DNA of 64,000 nt, taken from NCBI GenBank assembly GCA_963695545.1, contig OY968796.1:1792001-1856000 (forward strand), given 5' to 3'. Position numbers and translations under genes: made by a program. Numbering within the stretch: position 1 is the stretch's first letter; the number at the start of each line of letters is the position of its first letter. Below, piece by piece: positions 46,703 through 57,431 of this stretch. The notes beneath the pieces were generated by a model. The model saw only the letters and a program-made list of their open reading frames with translations, made no database searches and was not told the origin of the DNA. Origin of the DNA: Terriglobia bacterium (GTDB lineage Bacteria > Acidobacteriota > Terriglobia > Acidiferrales > UBA7541).

Positions 46703-48937
46703 TTATTGCCCGGTCGGATTCCAGCCATCGCTGCCCGCGAGAACCTTTGCGGGAGCGAATCGCTCCTCTTCGGCGGGCGTGAGCTGGTGGGAATACTTTT
46801 CGCGCGCGGTGGGATCCGCACCGGGCCCCGAGGAATCGAATTCGGCATAGTAGGCCACGGGCAAACTGGGCACGCCGAATCGCGGCCATTCTTCCCAGCC
46901 CGCGGGAATCACGTTCGCGTCGATGCGCGTGTGCAAATACACCACCGACGCGTGCGGCCGCCACGGCCGTCCGAGCGCCACGATTCCGGTCGTGCGCGGA
47001 TCGGCCGTCAGCGTGCAGTGATCGAAGACGTAGCCGCTTTCCTGATCGGTGGAATGTTTGTCTTGCGCGGTGAACATCACGTTGCCCGGAGCGTTGCCAT
47101 GCAGTTCACAGCGCTCAAAAACGGCCACGCTGTCGCCGAAGACAAAATCGATGTTGCCGTCAACGTAGCAGTCGGAAAAATATTGGCGCGCCGCGACGCA
47201 TGGCCCGTAGTCGCCGTAGCAATATTTGCTCGCGGCAAAAAGCGTGTCCTGATTCCCATGCAGGCGCAACCAGCGAAACGTATCGCGATCGCCGGTCACT
47301 GCCAACGCCACAGCTTGGCCGTGGCCGCCTCCGGGCGTGAAGCTGTTGGTGATCGTCAGGTGATCGAGCGAAACGTTGTCGGCTTCGACGAACACCGTTG
47401 CGCTGTTGAACGTGCCGCCGGATTTCGGCGCGCCGTTGTCGTAGACGATGGTGACGGCGCTCGGATCGGCGCGATCTCCGCTGATTGAAACGCGCGGCTT
47501 GCGTATGGTGACCACCTCGCGATACGTGCCGGGCTTGACGGTGATGGAGCCGCCCTCGAGCGGCAGCGCGTCGACCGCGCTTTGCACGGATTTGAAATCG
47601 CCGCTGCCGTCTTGCGCGACGACAAGATAACGCTTCGCGCCAATCTTCGGGACATCGCCGGAGATCGGCGTGAATTGCTGTCGCGGCGGCTCGTGAAAAT
47701 AGAACATCTCCGTATCCGGGCACTTTGCCGCGCGCCCGTTCTGCAATCCAGCGCCGCCGAGAATTCCTTTGCCGGCGACGGAAACGTTATCGAACTCGAT
47801 CGCATTCGCGGCGGGAATCGACGCGCTGCTTTGACCGTTCGCGTCGATGGCGCGCAACGGTTGCGCGACGCCGTCCATGCAAACATTTTGGAAATGAACG
47901 TTGCGAATTCCCGCGCCATCCGCTCCGGCGAGTTGCAGCGTCAGACCGGCGTGCGCGCTCTGGAAGACTGCATTTGTAATCTGGATGTCGTTCGCGTCGC
48001 CATAATGCGCGTCGCCGATCGCGATTCCACGGCCGCCATAAATATGCAGATCGCTCAGACGCGCGTGCGTCGTCGGGCCGAGAATGCTGGCTTCAAGTGA
48101 GATGGATTCCGACGGAGTGTGAATCCACGCGCCGTCAATCGTGGCGTTGACGGAATTGCTGAGCACGATTCCCGGACCGGCGGCGGAATTGTCCGGCGAA
48201 TCGATCACCACGTGCGTGGCGACAAATCCGGGCGTTTTGTAAATGGCCAAGTGCGCGCCAGCGGCGTTGCGCAGCGTCACGCCGATCACCTGGAATCCTT
48301 GCGATTCGTAATCGGAAACAAGATCGGGGGCGCTGATCGGGTGGCCCGCTTTTTCCGCTGCGCGCTGGCGATCCCACCAGGACGGTTCATTGAAACTGAT
48401 CGCGGTTCCCCCTTGGCCGTCGATTGTTCCCGCGCCCATGATCGCGCTGTATGCAGCCTGATAGCTGAATACGAAAGGCTTGCATTGCACGGCGTCGGTT
48501 CGGACCGCGCCGCAACTCAATGGCGAGACGTCGTAATCGCGCGGATTGCGCGACGCCAAAAGCGTGACGCCGTCATCCACGTACAGCGTGACGCCGCGCG
48601 GCACAATCAGCGGAGCGGAGAGGAAAGCGTTCTTTTCGCCGTCGGGTTCGAGGTCGACGGATTGCCCTGGATTGCATACATTCAGCGCGTTTTGGATTCG
48701 CTGCGTATCGATCTCGACGTACTCGTCGTGGCGAACACCGTCGTCGTGCAGGCCAACGTGAGCCGACAGAATGGCGCACGACGGAGGAACGGGCAGTACC
48801 GTCGCGCGCGCCGCGGTTTGATCCGCTGCCTGGTCTTGATCTGGGTTCTGCGCCGCAGACTGCGCGTGAGCCTGCGAGAGCGCCGCCAGCGTGAATGCGA
48901 GAGCTCCCAGCGAAATCATTCGCGCGGTGCCCGACAT
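46703..48937 (-). CDS. Degenerate GH28-like beta-helix fused to CE8 pectin methylesterase
   Basis: N-terminal half: DTQRIQNAL..C, AFLSAPL, ASRNPRDYD, GAGTIDGQG. C-terminal half: VAQDGSGDF.SVQSA, PGTYRE, QAVAL, QDTL, DFVFG, LGRPW. Confidence 0.88.
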   Translation of the reverse strand: MSGTARMISLGALAFTLAALSQAHAQSAAQNPDQDQAADQTAARATVLPVPPSCAILSAHVGLHDDGVRHDEYVEIDTQRIQNALNVCNPGQSVDLEPDGEKNAFLSAPLIVPRGVTLYVDDGVTLLASRNPRDYDVSPLSCGAVRTDAVQCKPFVFSYQAAYSAIMGAGTIDGQGGTAISFNEPSWWDRQRAAEKAGHPISAPDLVSDYESQGFQVIGVTLRNAAGAHLAIYKTPGFVATHVVIDSPDNSAAGPGIVLSNSVNATIDGAWIHTPSESISLEASILGPTTHARLSDLHIYGGRGIAIGDAHYGDANDIQITNAVFQSAHAGLTLQLAGADGAGIRNVHFQNVCMDGVAQPLRAIDANGQSSASIPAANAIEFDNVSVAGKGILGGAGLQNGRAAKCPDTEMFYFHEPPRQQFTPISGDVPKIGAKRYLVVAQDGSGDFKSVQSAVDALPLEGGSITVKPGTYREVVTIRKPRVSISGDRADPSAVTIVYDNGAPKSGGTFNSATVFVEADNVSLDHLTITNSFTPGGGHGQAVALAVTGDRDTFRWLRLHGNQDTLFAASKYCYGDYGPCVAARQYFSDCYVDGNIDFVFGDSVAVFERCELHGNAPGNVMFTAQDKHSTDQESGYVFDHCTLTADPRTTGIVALGRPWRPHASVVYLHTRIDANVIPAGWEEWPRFGVPSLPVAYYAEFDSSGPGADPTAREKYSHQLTPAEEERFAPAKVLAGSDGWNPTGQ

Positions 48938-48947
48938 CGAGAACTCC

Positions 48948-51227
48948 CTAATTCTGAAACAGCCAATCCAGATTCGCCGGCTGGGCCGGTTGCGACTGTG
49001 CCGGAGCTGCGGGTGCGGGTGCGGGCGCGGACGCCGATGCCTCCGCGTTTTGCAGCGACGCGAGATGATCCTGGAAAATCTTCAATTCGTTTTCGTACGC
49101 GGGCAGCGCGTCGCGCCAGTGTGAATATTTTCCGTCCGCGCCGGAGAATGGAATTTGACGCTGCTTGGTCAGCAGAGCGCACGCCTGTCGATACGTGGTA
49201 TCCGTGAGTGCGACGAGAGCGCGATAGAAATCTACGCTGTCGGACAGAAGTTTTTCCGCCTGCACCAGATGATCGAGATTGTGGTCGTATCCATACAGCA
49301 TCACGAGCTCGGCCGCCTGCGTCTTCGCGTTGTAATACTGCATCAGCGCGTGGATGCATCGCATATCGTTCAGAATGCGTTCAAATTCCGCGCGATCTTG
49401 GGTGACGTAAGGGCCGGCCGCTTCCGCGGCTTCGACCGCTCGCGCGGAAGAGTCTGTGACTTCGGCGGCGACTCCGATGGGCGTTTCGCCCACGTGCGGT
49501 TGATGCGTGAATTCGCGTTGCACGTAGTCGTCGAGGCGCTCGCCTTCGGGCGCGTCACCGGTCCAAAGCGTGGGCTCGGGATGATAGCGAGCGGCGTCGA
49601 TCAATTGGGTCATCAAAAGGCCAAGCGAGAATGCTTCGCGATTGCCTTCGGTGATGCCGATGCGCGGCAGAAGGCGCGGCGCGCACACGCCGGAAAGTTC
49701 GTACGCCGCGAGCAGATGTTCGCCCGCCTCCGCGCTGCCGAATTTTTCGGCGAAGCGACGCACCCAATAAGCGTGCTCGGCGGCCGGATCGCGATTCGGA
49801 TTCCATGCGTAGCGTGCCCAAGCCTCGTACCAGATCCAGTCGCGATCGATCTGTTGCAGCAGCGGCTGCGTGTTGTCCGCCGAATATGGCCAGTCCCAGT
49901 AGCGAAGCGGATAGAGATGCAGCCCGCTGATGCCGATTTTCTGAAACGACAGGACGCACTGGCGAATAAAATCCGGATCGCCCCAGCGAAAGGGCTCGAG
50001 GTTGGAAAGGAGATGCACGTTGGAGATATCGATCGGCGCGAGTTCCGCGAGCATCACATCTTTGTCGCGAATCGTGCCGCGCACGTCGGTCCAGGTGAGC
50101 GATTCGCCAGTCCATTTCTCCATTGTGTCGATGTTGTGATAGAGCGGGAGACTCGCATCCATCACCGCTTTGATGTCGGTTGCGTGCGCGCGAACCACGA
50201 TCGGCGGCTCGATGGTCGTTCCGAGCGCAGCCAAGCCGTCCTTCACGCCGGGAATAATGGTTTGGCTCATCCATTCGGCGCCGTATTGCGGAGCCATGGC
50301 CTCGCCGAGCGTGATCAGCAGACCCACGTTGGGATATTGCTGGATGAATTGCGAAATCACGTATCGCGTGTACTCGCTTGAAAGTGGCGTGGGCTGCGAC
50401 AAGTGGTATGGCACGCCGTGCGCGCGAGCGAACGCGTGCGAGAGATGGATATTGTAAAAGCCCTGCACGACCCAGATTCCGCGGCGATCCGCTTCTTCGG
50501 TGAGCCAGCGAAACATGGCGATGTTCTGGTTAAGTTGCGCGTCGGAAAGTTCCTGGGCCTCGGGATAACGCGGCAGCTTCAGCAGCGAAGTGAAGGGATG
50601 TCCATTCCACAGATACAGAGTGTTCATCCGGCCGTCGACGAGAAAATCGAGATATCGAATCCACGCGGCTTTGTCGTAGAAAAACGGAAAATTCTCCGGG
50701 GTGTACGGATAATCGTACTCGGCGCCCTCGTAGGTGATTTCGGTTTTCTGCATGCCGATGCAAGTGCCGCGCAATTTCAAGGAGGGATGATCTTCAAAAT
50801 CGAGATCAATGGGCAGCGCGCCGGCCTTTTCGATGCGGTCGGCGAGTTCCAGGCTGCCGTAGAGAACGCCGGAGGGATCGCTGCCGGCGACAATCCAGGT
50901 GTCGCCGATGCGCTTCAGTAGAAACGCTTCCGTCGCGCCGGGCCAGAACTGCGCGAGAGGATAGCGTGCCAGCAGCGGTGAATTGCGAACGGCCACGACA
51001 ACCTTGGCGTTTGCGGCGGCTGGGCCAGAGATATTTTGCAAGATTCCACTGAGACGTTCGGCGCCATATTTTTCGCGCGGCGTCGCATTGGGCGCCGTGA
51101 TCACCGGGACGGAAGCGGCTGCGGCGACAGGCAAGAAACAAAACAGCGCAACGGCGAGATAAAGGGAGCGCGGGGATTTCGGCGCCGGCAAATTGGACTT
51201 TCGAGGCAGCAAGAACGACGGCAGCAT
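48948..51227 (-). CDS. Probable GH138-like alpha-galacturonidase
   Basis: CIGMQK...YPYTPENFPFFYDK..W..YLD...RMNTLYLWNGHPF.SL, NLEPFRWG, HLYP and DRDWIWY motifs, recognised from memory of Bacteroides GH138 proteins. Confidence 0.72.
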   Translation of the reverse strand: MLPSFLLPRKSNLPAPKSPRSLYLAVALFCFLPVAAAASVPVITAPNATPREKYGAERLSGILQNISGPAAANAKVVVAVRNSPLLARYPLAQFWPGATEAFLLKRIGDTWIVAGSDPSGVLYGSLELADRIEKAGALPIDLDFEDHPSLKLRGTCIGMQKTEITYEGAEYDYPYTPENFPFFYDKAAWIRYLDFLVDGRMNTLYLWNGHPFTSLLKLPRYPEAQELSDAQLNQNIAMFRWLTEEADRRGIWVVQGFYNIHLSHAFARAHGVPYHLSQPTPLSSEYTRYVISQFIQQYPNVGLLITLGEAMAPQYGAEWMSQTIIPGVKDGLAALGTTIEPPIVVRAHATDIKAVMDASLPLYHNIDTMEKWTGESLTWTDVRGTIRDKDVMLAELAPIDISNVHLLSNLEPFRWGDPDFIRQCVLSFQKIGISGLHLYPLRYWDWPYSADNTQPLLQQIDRDWIWYEAWARYAWNPNRDPAAEHAYWVRRFAEKFGSAEAGEHLLAAYELSGVCAPRLLPRIGITEGNREAFSLGLLMTQLIDAARYHPEPTLWTGDAPEGERLDDYVQREFTHQPHVGETPIGVAAEVTDSSARAVEAAEAAGPYVTQDRAEFERILNDMRCIHALMQYYNAKTQAAELVMLYGYDHNLDHLVQAEKLLSDSVDFYRALVALTDTTYRQACALLTKQRQIPFSGADGKYSHWRDALPAYENELKIFQDHLASLQNAEASASAPAPAPAAPAQSQPAQPANLDWLFQN

Positions 51228-51248
51228 GGTTCTGTCCTATGGATCGGT

Positions 51249-52784
51249 CTACGTGACTTTTCGGAAACGCGCGGCCATGTAGGGTTTCCTTGGGAGCTTC
51301 AATTTGCTATTGCCGCTGAAGGTTCCCGTGACCGGGGTGATGGTCATTTCCCACGGATCGATAATCTCGGCGCTGAATTTCGCATCCTGCGGAAGCGGAA
51401 ATTCGTAGTCCGCAGGTTGGTGATAATCGAAATAATAGAGATAAAGCTGTCCCGGTTCGCCTGCGGAAAGATAATACGAGCCGTCATATTGTGTGAGACC
51501 GGTGGAGGTGGATTGTTCGACGAGCTTGCGCAGGAAACCGATTCGCGCCGGGCTTTCTCCGTGCATTGCGCCGCCATTCGCGGATTCGGGCACGCCGGCC
51601 GGCCCCTCGTAGGTCTGGCCATGCGTGGCATAGGTGCCGGCCACGGCGCTCAGCCAGAAGCGCCGCGTCATTTCCTGCGCGGAAAGATTTCCCCAACGGC
51701 GCGCGATGTTGCCTTCGTACTGAATTTCATCGAAGACGATGGGTTTATTCCATTCCACGCGCCACTCCGCCGCGTGGTCGAAGGCGTAATTTTGCAGGCT
51801 CGCGTGGGTCACCCAAGCTTTCGAGTAATCGTAGAGCACTCTGCTGTAGTGGATGGAGCGCAGATGATTGGAGGGGTCGGATTCCTGCACGATGCGGAAA
51901 AATCTATCCCAATCGGCGGGGGTTTTTTCTTTGAACAGGTCGTATTCGTTGGCGATGGACCACCAGACGTTCCGATACGAGGCGAAGCGCGCGATCACGT
52001 AGCGCAGATAGCGATCGTCGGCATCCGCGGGCATCGATTTGTAACCCCAGGAGTCGTAGGGATGAAAGAGAATCAAGTCGGCCTGAATGTCCATTTCCAT
52101 CAAATCTTGCACGCGCTTTTCGATGTGCTGGAAGTACGCCGGGTTCAACTGCGTGAGGTCGTTGCTGCCATCGGCCTGGCGCACGAAGGGGAAAGCGAAC
52201 AGCGGCGCGTTGTCGATGGGTTTCGGAAGAACGCACATGCGCACTTTGTTGAAAGGACCGGCGCGCAGCGTGGCGAGCGTTTCTTCTTCGAGCGCGTCGC
52301 CCAGATAGGCCCAGGCGTAACACGTGGTGCCGAAAGGAAAAAAGGGGGTGCCATCAGCATGCTGGAAGTGAAACGTGTGAGCCACTTGGACCGGTCCATG
52401 ATTGCCCTCCGCGGGCGCGACGCATTGGAACGAGCCGGTTTTCCCGGCCAAGCTGTCCGCGTTGCTTACGGTTTCGTAGGACCACTCGCCGGTGGAATCG
52501 GGCATGAAGCGCACGCGGTACACACCGGCGCCATCGTAGAAGCCGGGGACATTCACGGTGCGATTTTCGAGTGTGAAGCGCGCGCCGAACTGCACGTCCA
52601 CAAATGGATTGCCGATTGAGGGACCGCCTAAGGACGCCTCGAACGCCGCCCATTGCTCGACATCGTGGTGGCGCATTCCGCTTTCGTCCGTTGGGCCGGC
52701 TTGTGCGGCGGCCATCGCGGGATAAAGTCCGGAGACCGCTCCGGCGCCTATCTTGAGGAGATCACGTCGATTCATGGACTCCAT
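51249..52784 (-). CDS. DUF5060/DUF4038/DUF5605 protein, GH140 apiosidase-like; Tat-exported
   Basis: NRRDLLK Tat motif; GFYDG.G.YRVRFMP, GTTCYAW, FNKVRMC, ILFHPYD, WWSIANEYD and DE.QYEGN motifs. Confidence 0.82.
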   Translation of the reverse strand: MESMNRRDLLKIGAGAVSGLYPAMAAAQAGPTDESGMRHHDVEQWAAFEASLGGPSIGNPFVDVQFGARFTLENRTVNVPGFYDGAGVYRVRFMPDSTGEWSYETVSNADSLAGKTGSFQCVAPAEGNHGPVQVAHTFHFQHADGTPFFPFGTTCYAWAYLGDALEEETLATLRAGPFNKVRMCVLPKPIDNAPLFAFPFVRQADGSNDLTQLNPAYFQHIEKRVQDLMEMDIQADLILFHPYDSWGYKSMPADADDRYLRYVIARFASYRNVWWSIANEYDLFKEKTPADWDRFFRIVQESDPSNHLRSIHYSRVLYDYSKAWVTHASLQNYAFDHAAEWRVEWNKPIVFDEIQYEGNIARRWGNLSAQEMTRRFWLSAVAGTYATHGQTYEGPAGVPESANGGAMHGESPARIGFLRKLVEQSTSTGLTQYDGSYYLSAGEPGQLYLYYFDYHQPADYEFPLPQDAKFSAEIIDPWEMTITPVTGTFSGNSKLKLPRKPYMAARFRKVT

Positions 52785-52999
52785 TCCCGATGTTCCAGAT
52801 TGCCTGGCGGCGCTTGACGGAAATCATCGCTGGCCGCACATTCTTACCAGCCGTGCAGAACGGGTGTCAATCATCGGAACATGTAATTTTCAACCAAATC
52901 ACGAGCGCCATATCGGTTGTTCTATATAATGCTCGCGGCGAAGAGGCTGTTTCGCCGTACGCGCGGGCGATTGCGGAATGTGCTTTCAGCGTTTGGGAG

Positions 53000-54949
53000 A
53001 TGTCCATGAGGGCGTCCTGGAGATTCCGAAAGCGAATTGGCAGCCTGCTGATTGTTTTGTGCGCGGCCGCGCCACTGCATGTCCGCGCACAGTCGGTGGT
53101 GGACCTGCCGGCAATGGCGGCGTCAACGAGTCCTGCGGCGCAGAAGTTTTCGTTTATTTCCGATGGTCCACTGGCGCTGGGATGGGGACGACCGGCGGAA
53201 TTACCGCGAATTTATTTTCACGATGCTCTGCCGGCGTTGTTCACGCGCACGCTGGCATTTGATGGCGATCTCCCCGCGCGCTCCAAGCTCACGTGGCTAT
53301 TCACGGGGCCGCACGCGGGAGTTACCGTGGAGCTGACGCCGAATTCCGTGCGCGTGACCCAACGCTACTACGATTCCTACGGCCTTTCGGCCAGTCCGAT
53401 CGCGCCGACGACGTATCCGGAAAAAATTACGCGCGAGGACGAGGCTTATTATCAAGGCGCGGTGCGCGAATTGACGGTGGTGATGGACGCGCATCTGGCG
53501 CTCGAGGTTCTGTTGAATGGGAAGCTGCTGATTCAGCAGACGTGTTTATTCGACGTGAGCAGGCACCAGCTTTTGCTGACGGCTCCACGAGATCATCACG
53601 ATGAATTTTCGGGCGCGTTGGCGTCGCCGCAAGTAGGCGAAACGACGGTCACGGTGACGCCGGACGAGAAACATCAGACCATGCTGGGATTTGGCGGCAG
53701 CCCCAGCATTCCCGCTTACGCGGAGCTGAGTCCGGAAGGAAAGCAGCGCTACTGGGACATTTTGCGAGCATACAATCTGCTGATCGATCGCGAATATCCG
53801 ATGGGCGCGCGGCTGAAGCCGGACATGTCCAATTTGGACAGCCTGGATGACGCGAGCCCGCACTATTACGGCGACAATTTTCCCAACGGCGAGGTTTCCG
53901 ATTTCGCGTACAGCGCGAAGACGATTCAAATGGGCGGCAGCGTGATTTATGAGATGTGGAATCTGCCGGAGTGGGCGACCAAGAGCTACACGGATTCCAC
54001 GGGGAAGGTTTGGCCGCACGCGGCGAATCCGGACGAATACGCGCGGGCCGTGGTGACCTATTGTGAGTTGGCGAAGGAGCGAACGGGCGCGCCGCCAGCG
54101 ATTGTCGGAATCCAAAATGAGGTGGATCAGCCGCAAGAGATAGCCGATCAGATGGTGAAAACCTTGCGAGCGGCGCTGGACAAAGCGGGATTTTCTTCCG
54201 TGAAGATTCACATGGCGGACGCTTCGTATCTTTATGGCGGAATCGAGCGCGCGAAGGATCTGCAGCGCGATCCTGACGCCTGGAGATTAATCGATTACGC
54301 GGCGAGCCACGTTTATGACTATCAGCAGGTGATGGCGAATCCGGATTTGTACGACGCGCTGCTTGAGCAGATGCACGCGTTGAGTGACGGGAAGCCATAC
54401 CTTTCGACGGAAATCTGCGTGAACGATCCGCGCTACCAAATGCCTTCATACCGCGTGGCGCTCGATGTGGGCCAGCTCTATCACAAGAATCTGACGATTC
54501 TGGATTCCGTGGCGCTGCTTTACTGCTGGCTAATCCTGGATGTGGAACAGCCGACATTTGGGGCGTCGCGATCGCTGCTGGTGCCCGATCGTTTTCACGG
54601 TGACGTGCCGGCGGAATCGAGTTATGAATTGCGCGTTCTGGGCGCTTACAGCCGGCACATATTGAAAGGCATGGTGCGCGTGGGCGCGGCGAGCACGAAT
54701 CCCGATTTGCTGGTGAGCGCGTTTGACGACGGCAAGGGCGGTTCGGTCGTGGTGATGCTGAATCGCTCGGTGACGGCGCAGCGCGTGTCAATTAATTGGG
54801 CGGGGCGCGCGTGGCAGCAGGTGGAGCGCACGAGCCCGTATCTGGATAATGCGGACTCCGCGGCGGGTTCGCTGAGCGCGCGGGTGCAAGTTGTCGAGCC
54901 CGGAGAGATTGTGACGATCTCGACGACGGCGGCGCCTGCGGTGCCGTGA
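53000..54949 (+). CDS. Clan GH-A (GH30-like) glycoside hydrolase with an extra N-terminal domain
   Basis: QTMLGFGGS, GIQNE (acid/base), SHVY and LSTE (nucleophile) motifs; GMVRV...LLVSAF...VVVMLN beta-sandwich. Confidence 0.72.
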   Translation: MSMRASWRFRKRIGSLLIVLCAAAPLHVRAQSVVDLPAMAASTSPAAQKFSFISDGPLALGWGRPAELPRIYFHDALPALFTRTLAFDGDLPARSKLTWLFTGPHAGVTVELTPNSVRVTQRYYDSYGLSASPIAPTTYPEKITREDEAYYQGAVRELTVVMDAHLALEVLLNGKLLIQQTCLFDVSRHQLLLTAPRDHHDEFSGALASPQVGETTVTVTPDEKHQTMLGFGGSPSIPAYAELSPEGKQRYWDILRAYNLLIDREYPMGARLKPDMSNLDSLDDASPHYYGDNFPNGEVSDFAYSAKTIQMGGSVIYEMWNLPEWATKSYTDSTGKVWPHAANPDEYARAVVTYCELAKERTGAPPAIVGIQNEVDQPQEIADQMVKTLRAALDKAGFSSVKIHMADASYLYGGIERAKDLQRDPDAWRLIDYAASHVYDYQQVMANPDLYDALLEQMHALSDGKPYLSTEICVNDPRYQMPSYRVALDVGQLYHKNLTILDSVALLYCWLILDVEQPTFGASRSLLVPDRFHGDVPAESSYELRVLGAYSRHILKGMVRVGAASTNPDLLVSAFDDGKGGSVVVMLNRSVTAQRVSINWAGRAWQQVERTSPYLDNADSAAGSLSARVQVVEPGEIVTISTTAAPAVP

Positions 54950-55024
54950 TTCATATTTCGCCACGAATTCATTTTCAGAATGTTCGCGCCTTGGGATCGG
55001 AATTGGCGTGAGGGGATTGCGGCC

Positions 55025-57391
55025 ATGAGTTGGCTCGGCAAGGATTCGTGCGGCGCGAAAGTGGCGCGTGTACGCGCCTGGTGTTGCGCGGGGTGCGCAT
55101 GTTTTGCGGCCGTCATGTGTTTGGCAGCGCCGCAGCTGATCCGCGCGCAGGATCCTGTGCACATCACGCACGCATTCACCAACACGGACGCGCAGAGCTT
55201 GATCGGGCTGCCGATGGGAACTTACAAGACGGTGGTTACGAAGCAGGGGTACTTGCGCTGGTCACATTGGAATTTGAAAAACAAACCGCTGGATTCGCCT
55301 TTCGGGTTCGCGGACCAGCTTGATGGAGAGCTGGGCATCGACATCGTCGATGCGGGCGGTTCTCCCGCTGCCGCGCCGTTCAAGGTCCAGAGCCAATCCT
55401 TATATAAGGACCGCTATCCGTTCGTGGTCACGAGGCTCGGCGCCAATGGCTTGGAAATGGAGGAATTGGCTTTTGCCGCCACTTCGAGCCAACAGGCAGT
55501 CGACGTCGTGCGTCTCGAATGCACCAATTCGGGAAATTCGGCTGGCGCCGTGGAACTCAAGTTGAGCGGAAAGCAAAGCAATCTTCCGGGACACGTCCGA
55601 GGCAGCTCGTTGGTCACCGAGAATGGCTACGAAATCGTGGTCGTCGACGCGGGCAACGATCAATCGAAGCAAGTGACATTCGACGCGGCGGACCACGGCT
55701 TAACTTTGCAAATACATTGGAACGTTCCGGCCGGCGCCACGGCGACGCTGTGGCTCAAGCTGCCGAAAGATGCGAAATATTCCAGCGCGGCCGATTGGGC
55801 GAAGACGCCGGGGGCGGCGCTGCTGGCGGGATCGCAAAATATTTGGGAGACAATTTGGAGCCGCGGAATCCACTTCGAGTTGCCGGAAAAAGAATTGGAC
55901 GATTTTTTCTATTCGTCGCTGGCGTACGTCTTGATTCTTACGGAGCGCGATGATCACGGCGATCTTTGGGTGCTCGATGGGCCCACGGGCTACGTGCAGT
56001 ACTGGGGGCGCGGGGAATATTTTCAAGCGCGCGCGCTTGAAGTGTCTGGACATCTCGATACTGCTGAAAATTCCATCGAGCATGCGTTTCATATTCAGAT
56101 GAGCGATGGCGAATGGGATGGTCCGCCGATCGCGGGCTGGCCGGCATGGGACAACATGGGCGGCAACGCCGCGGCCGCGTGGGACTACTATCTTTACACG
56201 CGCAATCGCGAGTGGCTCGCCGCAGCGTATCCGCACTTGCTCGCGGCGGCGCATTGGATCGGCGATCATCGCGAGGAATCTGAACTCGACCAATCCGATT
56301 TGCCCGCGGCGGCCAAGCCGATCCATCGCAGCATTCCGTGGAGTTGCCGGCCGGAGACGAGTCCGCCGCTATTGACTGGCGAGAAACCATACTGGTATGG
56401 GCTGTTGCCCTGGGCCTATGGTGATAGCGGGTTGCCCGAAGGGCATGCGTACGCGCACAATTTTTTCGCGCTGTACGCGGTGAAAGTGGCGTGGAACGCC
56501 GCCGAGAAATTGGGGCATCCGGAAGATGCGGCGTGGCTCGCGAAGGAATATGCGGATTACAAGGCTGACATTCTTGCTTCAGTCGCGCGCTCGGTAGCGC
56601 TCGAGAAGGAATCGCCGCCATATTTGCCCGCGATGCCTACGAATCCCGAGGCACCGTATTCGCAGACTTTTGTCGCCGTGTATCCGACGCAACTTTATTT
56701 GCCGGAAGATACGCTGATCACGGGACTTCTCGAGCGCGTGGAGCGCAGCGAACACGAGGGGCTGCCGACCAACATGGCTTGGATGGGTGCGGGCGGCGTG
56801 TGGCCGGGCGAATCGATGAACGTCGCGGAGACATATTTGCTGCGCGGCGACGTTGCCAAAACCGTGGATCTGCTGATCGCGGCGCTCAATTATTCGTACA
56901 CGACGAACGTGTGGAAGGAAGAGATTCGCGTCGATAAAACTCAGCCGCGTTCCTGCGTCGGAGAAAAAAAGGGCGAGAACCAGGAAGGCACGGGCGATAT
57001 GCCCGAAGCGTGGGGCAACGCGAACCTCGTCAATTTGCTGCGCGACATGCTGCTGCAGGAGCGGGATGACGGCTTGGAAGTGATGGCCGGCGTTCCGGCA
57101 AATTGGATCGAAGTCGGTCAGCAGATCGCGTTGCAGAACACGCCGGTCACGCTGGGCGGATCGGCATCTTTCCGGCTGCGCTATGAGAGCGCCGGAAAAA
57201 TGGTGCTGAGCATTTCCTCGTCGGCGCGACCAGCCCTCGTGACCATTCACTTCCCGATCGACTTGCAGACGCACACGATCACGGGTGTGCTCGTGAATGG
57301 AAAGCCTGTCGAACAGGCGAGTGCTGCGCAGGCAATCGTGAAACTCACGGACATGCAATCGCCAACCACGGTGGAGGTCGATTTTCACTGA
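55025..57391 (+). CDS. Unclassified (alpha/alpha)6-barrel glycoside hydrolase-like protein, secreted
   Basis: GPTGY..YWGR, WDNMG, WDYYLYTR..EWL..AYP and GDMPEAW motifs; family not resolved. Confidence 0.65.
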   Translation: MSWLGKDSCGAKVARVRAWCCAGCACFAAVMCLAAPQLIRAQDPVHITHAFTNTDAQSLIGLPMGTYKTVVTKQGYLRWSHWNLKNKPLDSPFGFADQLDGELGIDIVDAGGSPAAAPFKVQSQSLYKDRYPFVVTRLGANGLEMEELAFAATSSQQAVDVVRLECTNSGNSAGAVELKLSGKQSNLPGHVRGSSLVTENGYEIVVVDAGNDQSKQVTFDAADHGLTLQIHWNVPAGATATLWLKLPKDAKYSSAADWAKTPGAALLAGSQNIWETIWSRGIHFELPEKELDDFFYSSLAYVLILTERDDHGDLWVLDGPTGYVQYWGRGEYFQARALEVSGHLDTAENSIEHAFHIQMSDGEWDGPPIAGWPAWDNMGGNAAAAWDYYLYTRNREWLAAAYPHLLAAAHWIGDHREESELDQSDLPAAAKPIHRSIPWSCRPETSPPLLTGEKPYWYGLLPWAYGDSGLPEGHAYAHNFFALYAVKVAWNAAEKLGHPEDAAWLAKEYADYKADILASVARSVALEKESPPYLPAMPTNPEAPYSQTFVAVYPTQLYLPEDTLITGLLERVERSEHEGLPTNMAWMGAGGVWPGESMNVAETYLLRGDVAKTVDLLIAALNYSYTTNVWKEEIRVDKTQPRSCVGEKKGENQEGTGDMPEAWGNANLVNLLRDMLLQERDDGLEVMAGVPANWIEVGQQIALQNTPVTLGGSASFRLRYESAGKMVLSISSSARPALVTIHFPIDLQTHTITGVLVNGKPVEQASAAQAIVKLTDMQSPTTVEVDFH

Positions 57392-57431
57392 AGCGCTCTG
57401 AATCCTACGACGCTATTCCGGGACCTCTTGC

